Assembly (NCBI GenBank): GCA_965644295.1
Contig: CBFFRP010000219.1
Location: 1 to 64,000 of the forward strand
DNA from: Paraphysomonas bandaiensis
Taxonomy: Eukaryota > Protista > Chrysophyceae
Length of the DNA: 64,000 nt
Direction: 5' to 3'
Shown: positions 23,405-37,390 of the stretch, piece by piece
How positions within the stretch are numbered: the first letter of the stretch is position 1
How the letters are laid out: each line of letters starts with the position of its first letter
The notes under the pieces: model-generated
Seen by the model: the letters and a program-made list of their open reading frames with translations, nothing else
What the model was told of the DNA's origin: nothing
Databases searched by the model: none
Position numbers and translations under genes: made by a program

Positions 23405-26400
23405 CTAGCGCTGTTTCGGCCACATGTAATCTTCTATCAGTGTACCGGTAGATATTATGCGACACTCACCGCTATCATCACGCGAATTTACACCGGAAGG
23501 AAACATCACGTACTCTTCGTCATCAGCGTGGAGTTGTTGATGTAACTTTCTTATCTCACAATCCTGCTTTTCAATAGTTTCTTCCAACGCCTTGTTCTTG
23601 TTACACATCTCAGACAGCATTGCCTCTAATCCTCGCGTATAAGCATTTGACGCAGAAGCAAATGTTCTTGCTTTCGGGATACCAGAGTAGTGTGCACTTT
23701 CCCATAGGGCCAGACACTGAATGTCTATACTCGGCGTCAGCAGATACACTGACCGCTTAGTCTCGGAGGAAGGGAGAACACCACATACAGGAGATGGGGC
23801 TATCTCACAATGGTCATGCATACTCAGTGAGTCACTTCGCCGGATAGAGGTGTCTAGCGGGGCGTGCTGAGCCAGAACATGAGGAACAAACAGCTGCCGA
23901 GGAATAGAAGTTCCAGCTTCAGTATCGCTTATATGATCGCTTGTACAGGGACGACTCGAGAACGGGTCGAAATCCAAAATGAAAGGATCGCACTGATCGT
24001 CATTAGCTAGTCCTAGGTCCTCTTCATACGCAATATTATCTAGGTCGTCCATAGGACCGTCAGAACAGGTGTGAGAATAGTAGACCCCTCCTGTGCAGAG
24101 GGCGGAGTCATCATATGTACACACATTAGGTTTCGCTGGAGCACGGGAAGATTTTGAAGTAGTGCCACCACGTGCATGGAAACCATCGTCATCTTCACTG
24201 GTAGAAGGGTTGTAGAGAGGGTTAGTGTACTCCTCAAGGTGGTGCGCCACATACGTCCATATGGACACCATACAATTGGATAGTAGCCTCTCGCACTCTG
24301 CACACTGTCTACGACTAGATTTCGATGAATGTCGAGGCGACTCTTCCGAATGAAATGTGTCGCGCACGCCATCTGGTGTCTGGGACCGACACTCTACAAA
24401 AAACAGCTTATATCAGTATAGATTTCTGGTGACAGAACTATACCTTCACGAACTCCTTCTGTAGATTTCCACGTACCACTAGCGACCTCCGAATCGAAGG
24501 TATCATCCGCAGATCGAGGGCTCTCTGAACGAGATAGGTAGATGTTGCTCTCACTTTTCCCTGGATATTGTAGCATATTCATGAATAGCGTTGACAGAGT
24601 TACAACACATTCGGGTACCTTGATTCTTACGTTGGACACGACATGTGCGACATATTTCCTTTTGAATCACTCCCCTTAACATATGTTCATATTCTATTTT
24701 CTCTTTCTCGTTATCGTGTAAAAAATCACTCGTGAAGCGAGTATTACATGCGCTGAAGAGTAGCAGCAGCAGGTTTTCTTTGTACTCGAACTCCCATGGC
24801 ATTTGCCGCCATATTTGCCACACAGCGTCGAGAAACTGCACGAACACGGGCGATCCTTCCTTCGAATCTACCAAACCACTGCGATGGTGAAACATGTGCC
24901 CAAATGCATTAAAATCTTTGCAAATTAGTGCCTTCAGCCCTAGTAACATACAATTAAAAGTACATACAAACTAGTGAGGCCTCACCAGAGATAGTTCTGT
25001 AGTATGGGTCTAACATTAATTGTGCGAGTGCCACCATCTGACTCGTTCTATCCCACCCGTCCGAGCAGTGGACAAGAACGGGGTCCCCGCTATCCAAATG
25101 CAGTGCCGCGCGTAGTGATGCCCGCAGCACAAGAGATATGTGTTGCAGCCACTGGCTCTCTTGCAACTGGGAAAGCCAGGTGGTACTAGCACCAGAACTA
25201 CAGCAGGCTCTTCGCAAGGAGCTCAGACTATCACGCATGACGTGAATATTAGCAATCCCGGCAAACTCGAGTGTCGTACATGATTCTCCCCCCAATCTTC
25301 CAATAATTTCATGGCCCTTTCCCATCAGCGCGTTACCTTTGGCATTAATTAGTGGCCTCGCATCGATTATTCTCAACCGTCTTCCCATTTCTTCGTTGGC
25401 GGGGGCATTGTTACAACGAATACTATTCTTTGTATCAGGAACAGAAATGCTAGATTTCGCAGACCTTTCCGAATTTTCACCATCATTGATGTCACAAGCA
25501 TCCTCCTCGATTCTTTCTATGGTAGGTTTCCGTCTGATCTCATCACCATGTTCTCCCCGTTTTTGGTCTACTGCTGCTGATCTTTTACTCTTCCTTTTAG
25601 ACCCAGCATCTGTCGGTGAGGGCATCTCAGACCCAATATCCTTGTTCATGCCAATAAGAAGGTTAATATCGTCAGCACTAACGACATGTGGAACATTTAT
25701 GTCCTTCTTGTCCCTTCCACCTGTTCCGTGTATTGACATAACTGCGCTCTCAGAGACACCGCGATCTATTTGTCGTGGTTTAACCGATACAACTTCAGTC
25801 CACGGTAGTTCCTGGGACGACATAACATTCTTATCCTCTTCCGATACACTCACATCTTCGCATTGCCATGCATCACCATCTTCGCATAACCACGCATCAT
25901 CTTCAGCCGAGATTGCACAAGTTCTAATTGTCATCAGTAGTCTCTCATCTTCAGGGCAAGCAGCGGTGGTAATTCCAACTAAAGGTTGGCTCGATCTAGA
26001 CAGTACTATGCGTTAAATATCCCAAAGCAATATTGCAGATGATGTACCTGCATAGGGATGCCCCATTTAGAGGGTGGATCCATGATAAAACCGGTAGACG
26101 TTGCGCACTGCGTTGCGTGGCGGCCACTCTGAGGTGCCTATCCGATATCGCAGACGGTACAACTATCTCCTACATATACGTGGGGCAAATAAGTAACAAT
26201 CTCCACTATTTAGATAATAAATAACAGATGACGCACACACATACCGCAGGATAGGTGGGACACAAAGTGTAATCTCTATTCACCAAGGTGCGACGCCACT
26301 GTGGGTATTCGTTTATGCCGATTCTGCGAGCAGTATATTATTACGGAGCAAGTTAGGTTAGACAGCACCTGTCATACTCCATATAAATTTGGAATGGTGT

Positions 26401-28191
26401 AGCAATATCTCTGGCTACCCCACTCAGCTCGAGAACGGCGTTATTCAAATCACTTGATAAAGAAGAGGAATTTTCCTGTGGTGTATCGTCGTGCTGCTGA
26501 ACGGGCACGAAAGGTAGCTTTGACGGGTCCATGTCAGGTAAAGACGACAGTACAGTTGAGTTCGGCGCACTTCTAGAGTACTGTTTCGACATCACAAGAG
26601 TGTCAATTGCTGCAGAGAAAGTATCTTGTTCCCGCCTCCAGCTGATCTCACTTTTAATGTATCGAAATGCTTCAATCGTGCGCAATTCATTTTTGTCCCG
26701 ACTACAGATGAAAAGATAGCCTATTTGGTCCCGCCCGAGCACCACGAGGGTGTGAAAATATTCCATCCAGCGCCGCCTGATTGAAACTGACTGCACATGC
26801 GCATGAGGAACCCAAAGAATCACACTCGGAGAGTGTGTTCGACTACTTGGGTACTGAATAAACACAAGGCGATGAGAAGTCAAAAGTAATACCCCTCGCG
26901 AGAATACACCTCCACTACACATGCGCATCCAAACATTTTCCAGTCCTTCAAGGAGCATCTCATTGCATGGAATGAAAGCCCCGGGAGACACAATCGGATT
27001 GCGATGAGTCCTCCCGGGAGAATTAGAGGGAGACATACATGGAGATGCTGGAGAAGTGGAAGCAGAGTCTGTAGGATAGAGTGGGGTAAACAGCATCCTA
27101 TGCACCCGAGAAGAGGGCGGAAACACGTGAACTAATGGAATGACACCTCGCCTTTTCATTCAATATCACACAATGTTGGCATTCATCATCAATACCTACC
27201 TATGTGTACCGAAGAGCTCTGCAAAAGGAACAGCGCATGGAATGGAGATGTCCAACATTGGAGGACGGGGGGTCCTCGTGGGGGCTGGGTCTCGGCGCAA
27301 TGAAAGATGAACTCTCCACCAGCAACGATAGTTTTTGTACCTCAGTGTATACCAGGCAGACTGCTGTGATGATTCAGCAACTCTGTACATTCATATCATA
27401 ATAAGTAATACTCAGACACAAAATAGACAACACTGACTCGATTAAGTTCACTCGACATCGGCCAACAAACTCTTCCCCATTAATCTTTCTGCTTTTGTCC
27501 CGTAACTATATTAAAACAGAAAAAATCATTAGGTATTATATGTTTGGAGTGTAATATGGCGGAATTTTACAAACCTCCAGAATAATATGGTTCTCAAGAA
27601 TGCTGCTCAGGTTGGCACGAACCATAACACTCTCACTCCAAACAGGTGTGCGACTCAAAACACATTCCGTTGTCTTAACCACCTGATCCCCGATAAAGAG
27701 AACTACAAAGAATGCAGGGTCATTCGTAAGATTTCTAGCCGCCACAGAATCGTGCGCAAGACTTTGTGGGAAGGGAGGAGCGAAGTACTCGGCTGCATTG
27801 ATGGATATCTAAATAATAAAACATGAATAGTCCCAGACAAAAGGGTAGAAATAGTACATGGAAGCAGGTCTCGTGCTGTTTGCCACAGCTAAAACTGTGT
27901 CCAACAAGACCTTCTCGGCCTAGCTTGACGAAGCATTGTCTACATACTCGATGCTGCAAACCGTCGCCATCTAGTTCCACTGAGTGATCCGAACATGCCC
28001 CACACACAAGGCGATAGCAAACCCGGCAGTGGTGGCGGCGGATTGTAAGGGAAAATACTCCCTTGCAGAGCAAACATGAATCACTCTCTGAATTGTCCTA
28101 AAACATAAACACTGATCTAATGCATGTTCGTCATGATTGTACCCACCATCCATCCACCCCGCGCTTTGACAAGCGTATTCCATATCGACAT
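23405..28191 (-). CDS. Myotubularin-family phosphoinositide 3-phosphatase with N-terminal FYVE and C2 domains (multi-exon)
   Basis: FYVE RRHHCRVCYRLVCGAC. C2 AARNLTNDPAFFVVL...TPVWSE. PH-GRAM-like GVLLLTSHRLVF. Phosphatase motifs IIDARP, ANIHVMRDS, the intact catalytic HCSDGWDRT, FGHMF and SPVFVQFLDAVWQ. C-terminal coiled coil. The start is uncertain; upstream exons are possible. Confidence 0.9.
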
Positions 28192-28851
28192 TCTAGAAAT
28201 CCATAATTAACAATAGAAAAGAGGGGTAATGTCTACCTGACTGGCGGCTGATAATAGAGTTCACCTCTTAGTGAGCAACATGTTCGGCTGCATGTTGTGG
28301 CGTATTCTCAGCACCTTTAAGATAAAAGCATAACAAAAAAAACATCTGGGTCAATGAATATTTAGCTAGTCTACTGCATCTCTAAGAATTCTACCTGATG
28401 AATGCTTTGCTTTGTAGTGTACTGTGTGAATAGTTGTGTTAGGATCCTCTCACTGTCATTTCCTCAGAAGACTCTCATAGGATTGCATGCACTGGTGAAT
28501 TTCCACTTCCTCTTCTATAGAAAAAATCTCACATATACCTCATAGGTATACTACGAATCGTATACGTGGACTATTCGGATATACTGCTGTAGAATAATGA
28601 TTTTCTGTACAATGAAATAGTGGGATTTTAGGAAAATAGCTTAATTTTAGGATGGGTGAGGCTACCACCATCCTTCGTAATAGGAGATAGATATGGTGGA
28701 ATACGTACGCATAGCTTGCCGAGTATTTGATATGAAGGCAGGAGCAGCAGGACGAGTCGTTATTCACATATTAGTTACGGTATATACGTACACCTATAAA
28801 TATACACACATATACCACTTCTCGATCCAGAAGTGTTGCTTCTTGTTTACT

Positions 28852-31800
28852 ATGACTAGCCTCGAAGTCGAAGTGATAAAGTGAATCAGACTGCGGCTGT
28901 GTCACCTATCATCATCTTGTATTTTATGTATGCGAATTCAGTAAGAGCATTGTAGTTTATTACTCGTATGTATAGTGGAACAGGAATGATTTAATTCATC
29001 CATATCTTTAAACCAACACCTCGATCCCTTACCCTGTAGGCCACACGATAGATTTAGAGGATATTCTGGGATGTATCACTTGTATGCTGAAGTCGTGTCA
29101 AGGAGACCCAAGACTAAGATTCAGCTTGTAAGATATGATTGATGTGATTACAGTGGAGCTCAATAACAGACATACGCAGAGTGAGGACGAAGCGATACAT
29201 AACCTCATCGAGCTGGCCCGGTGCTATGGCGAGGAGGTGTGATGCTGACATGCAGAGCAGTGTGTATTATGTGACTCTTACTGTATGTGGTGTCTTTGTA
29301 CAGGACACACAGATAGACACCACCCTCTTCGCTCTGGCTAATGAAATCCTATACAGCGCTTTCAATAAATTCAAGACTGGCCAGGCTGAGCAAGCATTTC
29401 GTAAACTTCGCGAGCTGGAACAGTTTCGTGATGCATATGGTTCTCACGTTGCCAAGGAGTTTATTAACTTCCACGTCTGCCGAATATATGCTTACGGGCA
29501 CTGTCGGTGAGAAGGCCATCAACCATGCATACTTCGAACATTACACGGTTGCTTTTATGTGTAGGGCGAACGCGTGGACGAAAGCTGTGCGTGTGGCGAA
29601 TATGGCCGTTTCGCGGTGCCCTTTGGTGAATGGTGTCCGAGCTCTTGGCCTCGTAGACTTGCTTATTCTCATGTCTGATGCTTACTCAGCCCTAAAGAGG
29701 TTTTTTTTTCTTCATCTGCAATTGTGGCAGTTATGGTGATACTTGACCAGGTTTGATGATGCAGTAAATTCTGCAAAGTTAGCTGTGGACGTGACTCACG
29801 ACATAGTGGATGCTCAGAAAGATGTAAGTCGTGAAGAACTCTCTGTGTGTTGACCATGTTAACAAGTGAAGCTGACCAACTTATATTCATAGCAACTACC
29901 TCGGCCCCGTGATCCTCGATCACCTCTTGGTCCTCTGCTAAACTCAAGCAATATTTTGGCGATTACATATTTTAATCTTGCGACACAGCTCCGAAACAGT
30001 GATATGACAGAGGCTTCAGTTGGGTGGTACGAGAGGGCACTGCAAGCTGCAGAAAATTCAAAACTTGACGATACTTTGATATCTGCACTTCAGAATGCAC
30101 TGCTTGATGCACATGGGAGCTCACACGACACAAGGGTAATTCCCACAGGCGGGCGCTCGTCACCTGCCGGGAGACATACGCCTCCAATTGTTGCGAAGGA
30201 TCGGTCCGGATCTCATGCACAACCGACTGGCCGGCAGAGTCAAACGCAGGTACATGGGGGACAAGCTCAGACACACACATCGCAGTCACCCTCGGAATTC
30301 CTCCCACCAATCCATTCCCCTCGTGTCCCAGATCATTCACCCTCATCCCGCCCGACCCAACCGGCTATGTCTCTCCCGAGTGAAATGGACCGGGAGGTGA
30401 TGCTGCGTCACGCCCCATCAAGTCTGTCTTCACTGGATATTCCGGTACGCCGAGAAGCTCATCAACAAAGCCAGGTAAACGCGAGCCCTCACGAGGAACC
30501 AGCCTGCGATACCTCAGAGAGGACGGGCAGACCGCACAGTCCTACTAACCAAAGCCCATCGGAATGTTCACATATACCCTCCTTGCAGCCACTTGACAAT
30601 TCGGCACTGAAGCGACCTCAGAACGCCACTCGGTCGAAAAGAACACCTTCAAAACCGTCTTCCGGTAAATACGACCACACCGATGAAATGAGCTATATAA
30701 CCTACGAGGATGAAGAGGTGGCTTTCGTTACCAGCGCATCTCGTCAGCGACCCAAAAGTGCAGTATCGAAGCTAGGTGATTATTTGATAAAGTGTAGTTG
30801 TGTAATTCACAGTTTTTATCTTTTAGGTGGAAATTACGATGGTTCAGGGTCTCCTACACGGGATCACCAGAGAAAAGCCGCCACATTTAGCTCCGTTCCT
30901 ACCTCTCCTGAAAAAAATTTACAAAGATCTCCACAGTCTAATCATTTATCGCCCTCTATCGATGAGCTATTTGGTATACAATGCGCATCTCGTGGATGTA
31001 TTTTTTCAACCTTCTGAATATTAATATTACCTGTAGATCACAATGACGGTCCCGCGAAGTGCTCAGTGGAGAAGTTAGCTTCAATTCGGGAATCTCTTGT
31101 ACAGAAGCTTAAAAATGTTTTGCATTACCGCTCTCAAATAGAGCAGAGAAAATGCGCTCTTGCTGAATGCAAACATATGGTAGATACCTCAAAACGACAT
31201 CAGGATCTAGCTGCTGTCAGGCGGGAGAGAAGCAATGAGGTTAAGATGTTATTAGAAATGAGTTTTGAAAGGCAATGCAATCGTGAGGATAGACTTGGTT
31301 AGTAGTTGCAATGATGTATATATATCCTTATTTTTTGTTAGGCTTATATGAGTCAATACTTCGGGCTCAGTGTCAGAGGATAAATTATGGGGTTCCTAAT
31401 TCAGGAGAGGAGTACTTCGAGGGTATGATAGTGGATGTGAAGCGATCATCGAAAGCAAATAGCGATCGTGACCGCTGTGTTATTATCCGGTGTAGAGTGA
31501 ATGGTACATTTGATGCTGAAGTTATTTCGAATGGAGAACTCATCATCAATATTCACCCGTCTTTAATTCGTGTTCCTCCCCCTCCGGATGCTATATTACT
31601 TGACCAGCCAACAGATAAGGGGGTTGTGGAGCATGTGTTTGCCGAATCTGATCGTGTACAAGTTCTTTCGCTGAATGGTATGAAGTATTTTACGGGCTAT
31701 ATCGAGAAAGTCTACAATAAGGGCTCATATAAGATTGAATATCTAGATGGATCATATGAGGATAATGTTGCCCTGAACCGACTGCGGCCCTGTACCGGCG

Positions 31801-34485
31801 AGGAGTACTGTCAAAGTGCAAGTTTCGAACAAACCACCCCTCTTGTGGTGCACAACCCTGTCCGTGGATCTCACAGTGTCAGTGGACCTTTGGTTGATCG
31901 CCCCCTTCCAATTGAGGAGTACTACGTCGGCCAGCAGGTATTGATGAGGTTTCTGCACGGCAACAAGTGGCGCCTTGGCACTGTAATGCATGTTCGGGGA
32001 AAAGGCGAGGCGTATGATGTACTGCTTTCCGGAAGAATGGAAGTGGAAAAAGGAGTTCCAAGTTCCTGTGTAAGATCTTTGTCGAGTACACTTTATGGTT
32101 ACGGAGCGGACTACATTTTAGGAAAGATGTCTGTACCATCGTCTCCGACCCAGCTGTCCCCTCCCACCAGCTCCCAGCAACATTCGTCATCTGGGCGCTT
32201 GCGCTCAACCAGTGCCGGGGATGGAAATCCCCGCATTCCATTGCGATCTCCCTCTCCTCCAATAGCTGGACTCCGAACCCGTGCCCATACTTCGGGGAAT
32301 ATTCTTGCTGATACCAGATACTCTAGCCATGCTTCAACATCCAATATTCAGCGCATTCATCGGGGGAGACTACCCCGTCGTCATATGCATGACGAAGGTA
32401 TTACTGTTGTGTCCGACAAATCATCTGCAACTTCTCATCTGGGCGCTGGAGATCAGGAGAGTACGTTGCAGCACTCACAGAGTGCAGTGGCTCTGCGTGA
32501 AAAGTATGCACAGGAAATGCATCGTGGTGCTGCGGCATTAAACTCCACTGCTACAGAGAGGAAACTTTTACGTGTCATTCGGAACGAGAAGATACGTATG
32601 AATAGTGCAGTTAAAATTCAAGCTGTTGTCCGCGGTTATTTGGCTCGTGCAAAGGTGAAGATTCGTATTGCTCTCAGGCGCCGTGAGATAGCACTTGAGC
32701 AGGACGAGGGCACATGTCATCAAGCCGAAGTTGATCTCTTGAATCTCTACGCTCAAGCTCTAAGTCTGGCATTCGATGTGAGTCGACAACAGGAGGCTCT
32801 GGTCCAAACCTCGTTCTTATCCCAAAGATCCCCCGATGTTAGAAACCAGCTAGCTGGGGAGTCCGTTAAAGACATGAACTCTAAAGAACACGAGATTCAA
32901 CAGATGCGGAATGAATTAGTGCAGATGCATGAGAACCAGTTGAAAGAACACCAAAAGCAACTAACTGGGGTCCTCGAAAGAGAATTGAAAGGCCTTGGAA
33001 AGGAAGTGACCTCTGCTGTCATCACTGCAGTAAAACGTTCGTCTTCCGAGGAAGACCCAGAGATTGTGGACGATGAAGGTGCTTATGCGGACAACCCACA
33101 AATCGATGTTCCTTCCGTGGATGTAATGAAGAACATGTACCTTGAGGTGTGGGGAAACTGCACGTTTGAACCAACTGAAACAGTATCCATCGTGGCCTCT
33201 GCCACGACTGAGTTCGCCGTGCTGGATGCGACCGTAGATAAGGAACTTCTGCCGGCTGTATACACCCAGCATGCGGCGGATACATTCAGCGACATTCACA
33301 CTGCCATATTTACTAAGTCAGTTGCAGAAGATGATTTGTTTTACATTCTAAAGATTCGGCTAAGCAATAACAGTTCCAAGCCGCGTAAGCTTAAGTTTCC
33401 TTGCGCCAAAATATCGGAGATCTGTGAGACGAGAAAGAATGCGAATGTGACATTGAATGAGCAAACGAAATTTACTATCGGCGCCACATCGTTGCGACTG
33501 GATGCATTAGGTGAATGTCTTTCGGGACTTTGGGACGCTCATGTTGCATGGGCGTCGCAGAAAATTCTCACCTCTGCATCCCTAATGGAAGTGCTACAGG
33601 AACTTACGCGCCTCTATCTATATGGTGAGCATGATTTAGGAGATACGAGTAATGTTGGATGGGTATCAGAGAGGTTTTCCCTGCTATCTGACTTGCGCTC
33701 TCTTATTGATCAAAGTCAACAGATGCGTGCTGAGTACGACACAACTGTCACTGCGTTAAAGTCGAAACTATGCGACTTGGTGCTACGTTGGGGAGTTTTC
33801 CCGTCACCGAACCAAAACCCTGTGCCTGATTGTTCACAGTTTGTCAGCGCCACCTCAAATAGCCTTATGGACCTCTCAGGGAAAGTAATGGAGCCTTTTC
33901 GTCAGTTCCTCACGCACTATGGCAGCGTTGAAGATAGCTATCGTAATTACTCTGTGTTTCGAGAAAATTTGCATCGTGCCTATGGTGGTCATGCTACTGT
34001 GCATCCTCTGTTACTTTCTCTGTACAGGAAGTTCACTCAAAGTATTCGAGTTGAAACCTCGTGCGGTGACCTTATACTTAGTGTGTTGATGCAGTTGGGA
34101 CACCAGTCTCTCGTAAAAGGATTCGCGCATGCAGACCTATATCCGTGGGACAGGTGGTTTAAACACAATGCTGACTGGACAGTCTTGTTTCGTGTAAGTT
34201 TTTAGATCATGGTAATCTTGATATTTTGAAATAATTTGTTTCTTCCAGGAGAACCAATCCATTGAAAATATTGATGCCGCTACGATATTGTCCAATACTA
34301 GTGAAGTTTTGGCCCTTGCGGAGGGTTACGCGTTCTCTGCTCCAAATGAAGAGCCTATTGAGAAGGATGGAGCTGACAGCCTGAGGGTGATCAGTGCACT
34401 TGAAAAGTTCATATCATCGTCTTTTTGCAATTAGGTCCCTTTTCTGTACAACTATCAGATGCACGATGCCACAACGGTGTGGTAA
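28852..34485 (+). CDS. Large multi-exon protein with TPR-like N-terminus, three Tudor/Agenet-like repeats, IQ motif and coiled coil
   Basis: TPR-like AITYFNLATQL...WYERALQAA. Repeats of the type YFTGYIEKV...YKIEYLDGSYEDNVALNRLR and WRLGTVMHV...YDVL...EKGVPSSCVR. IQ motif AVKIQAVVRGYLAR. The final exons splice to TAA at 34483-34485. Confidence 0.75.
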
Positions 34486-36171
34486 TACCTGTGATGATGG
34501 TTCCTACCTAGCCGATATATGTATATAGTGCTCAATGTATCTTGAGTATGTGGTGGTACCAACATCATGCCATTTAGTGCTATCCAGTAGCCAATAATTT
34601 TTTGTAGGTCTAAATTTTAATTTAGCGTGTGCACTTAAGTCCACATATTTTATTCGTTGCAACAGGATCAAGCGTGACGTCCTAAGTAGTTTGTGCCACT
34701 TCGATCTGTGATATTATAAGTTTCGTCAGCCGTGGCCTCGATATGACAATGCCAATTACAAAATAAGGGAATACTGCTAAAATCGTAGAGATATCTCTCA
34801 GGAAGCAACGTAGCACTGTACAGAAAGCGAGGTAGGGGTATTCAAAAGTCAAAAGGATTGCAACTATGCTTCAATTCTAAGGGATGCACAGATATTGCAG
34901 GCTGAAGATACATATTATAGTATTCCCAGAACATTGGTAGATTGAAAATGTATAAAATTTACCAAGTACCATTGAAGAGTGAAACTATAAATGCTAAAGT
35001 AAGGTGACGCATGTACAAATACTTACGTAGACAGTCGAGTCACAGTAAACGAAAATGTAGCAGCACAAGTTGAAACATAGAAGTAAAGTGAGTACTATAT
35101 TCAGTTTGACAACGTAGATAGTTTGAGAAGTCTTTCAATAAAACGTACGAATACACTTCTCATTAGGGAGGCAAAACAATATTCGAGGGAGACAACTCCC
35201 AGGGTACTCAGCCAGTTGAATTAGGTAGCAAAGAGGAAGCCATGCGAGGTATTCAGCCGGAGGCGATCTTGACGGCAATAGTAGTGTAGACTATGGCTAA
35301 AAGAGAGTGTAAGCGTATTAGGGTTTTTTATGATCATGATCCCGAAAATAGTTTGCCAACTCAAGGAAAGATTTTAAACCTCTCATAGTCTCGGGATTTG
35401 GGGAAGTTTAATACACTATTTAAGGCATTTTTTCCAGTTAACTGTAACCCATGGGCAGTCGGAGCCATTCGAAAATTCCCCAAAAGATAATAAAAAATGT
35501 CGTCCACTTCCTCAAAGTCTCTGAGATTTGAGCCTGCTGGTAATAACATGCTACTAATAAATCAAGAATTTTTATCGGTTTGTTAGACCCTGTACGCTCT
35601 GCAATCTATTTGGTGTTAGGTATATTGACCAACGTTCCCTCTATATATGTGCTTGTTCAAACCTCTAATATTAAAGAGAATTTTATTACAGACGTATATA
35701 TAGGACAGACTAATCTGCACCGAAAGAATTTTGCCAAAGAAATGTTTTTGAGGTAACTATAGAGCGCTTCGTTTGGCCGTTAGATATTAATAATGGGATG
35801 AAAGTTGTAATATTCGATTATAAGAAGAATCGGGGAGTGTAATATATAAGAGGCTCATCAACAGATAGATGCAAAATTATTAACAGACAGACAAGATACT
35901 TGTCGTTGAATATATGCGAACCCCCACAAGGGAGACTGCAACCGCAAAACATGCTTTTGGGGGCCAACCATGAGAATAAACCGTGGAAAGATACCAAACA
36001 GTGCCCTGGAATGGAAATCTATCTCTCAACACTGAGAATTCTGGTAGTCCTCCAAGACCGAAAGTAAGTAAGTTTTTTTCTGCTAAAAAGTTTTCATATT
36101 AATGATATTGAGGTGTACAAAATGAATTGTTTATAAGTGTAGTGTTATAAGAAAGTAGAATATTTCAGAAA

Positions 36172-36742
36172 TGGGCTGCCTGCTTAAGTCAAGCATCCGG
36201 GCCTTACGGAACTCAAAATTCTACCTAATAAAAACGTGTATACACAAGTGACACTTTTAGCAGTGTCCGTTGGCTACGTTTGGGCAGAAGATTATCAGCT
36301 GACTCTATATATATATATTAGTTTTCCCGTACTTATTCCCCAGAACACCACGAAAAGGTGCGAGTCCAACTTTGTTGAGGAGGCCAATCATAATCATATA
36401 GGACTGATCACTCTACCCTTTTGAGGCTCATGGCTACGAAACACTTTTCCCCACTTAAAATAAGAACGCAGAGCTTTACACACAATTTATTTTCTGCTGA
36501 AATAACTTACTTTTATGCCAATGGCCTAATTTTTGAATAACAAATATAAATTGTCAATTAATTGGCGCCGATTCTGTAGTCAATTATAATTTAGATTATT
36601 ACTGGCGCTCCCAACAATTAATTAAATTACGTGTATTGCTATACATTAGTTGCCAATATAGCTTGCTCAACTGTTATTATATTCCAGAGACGATGAGTTC
36701 TGACACTTACGCGCCTATTGCTACTAATAAGACATTCACTAC
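36172..36742. repeat. Dispersed element, copy 3 (scrambled fragments in both orientations)
   Basis: 36172-36217 matches the 44/55-kb copies directly. 36238-36380 matches them inverted (gtgacact...agtgtcc; ggtgcgagtccaactttgttgagg). 36696-36742 carries the other terminus (gttctgacacttacgcgcctattgc...gacattcactac). Confidence 0.75.
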
Positions 36743-37390
36743 GACAATGAGTCATAATAAGTAGCGCTAATTACCAACGAGGAGCCATACACTTGAGGAA
36801 ATCAGTCATAACAATATTTGACCCACTGAATAATCTTTTAACCTCATTGGTTGTAGAGTGCAAGTGCTTCATGCTGCGGTATCAAGTTTGCTTGTTAAGG
36901 CGTGCTAACATTCTGGACTATTCACTCACCGTTATCATCATATTATTTTTGCTGAAGATGATGTGCATTGATAGAATCATATGTCACTAACCGTGAGTAC
37001 TAGAGTAAGTCTAAACAGAAAAGGCCTTTTATCAGGGAGAAATATCACAACGTGTTGTAACAGTTGGAATTAATCAACTACTCTGACACACAGAGGCATT
37101 TGGTACAATAAATATGGGCTACGTGATTTACCTTCTGTTCATCAATGCGTGTTTCTAGATAAAATATTTTGACAATAAATGCTGCAATACCGTTCTGTGA
37201 GCGAACTTTGTTATGACCACGGTTGCTTTATTTCTTTTTTCGGATATACTAGAAACCTAATATATTATTGCTAATCAGCTTAATATATGTAACAATATTT
37301 AAGACACCACAGATTATTAATATCTATATACATTGCAACTTTAGTGGCCCCCACGGCTATAAATGTACATCACAATACAACTCAACTACG

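Noticed and set aside
34500-36170. Possible RNA gene or further CDS in the long gap after the TPR-IQ gene
   Set aside because: No recognisable tRNA, rRNA or snRNA motif or convincing ORF by eye. An Infernal/Rfam scan would be needed.
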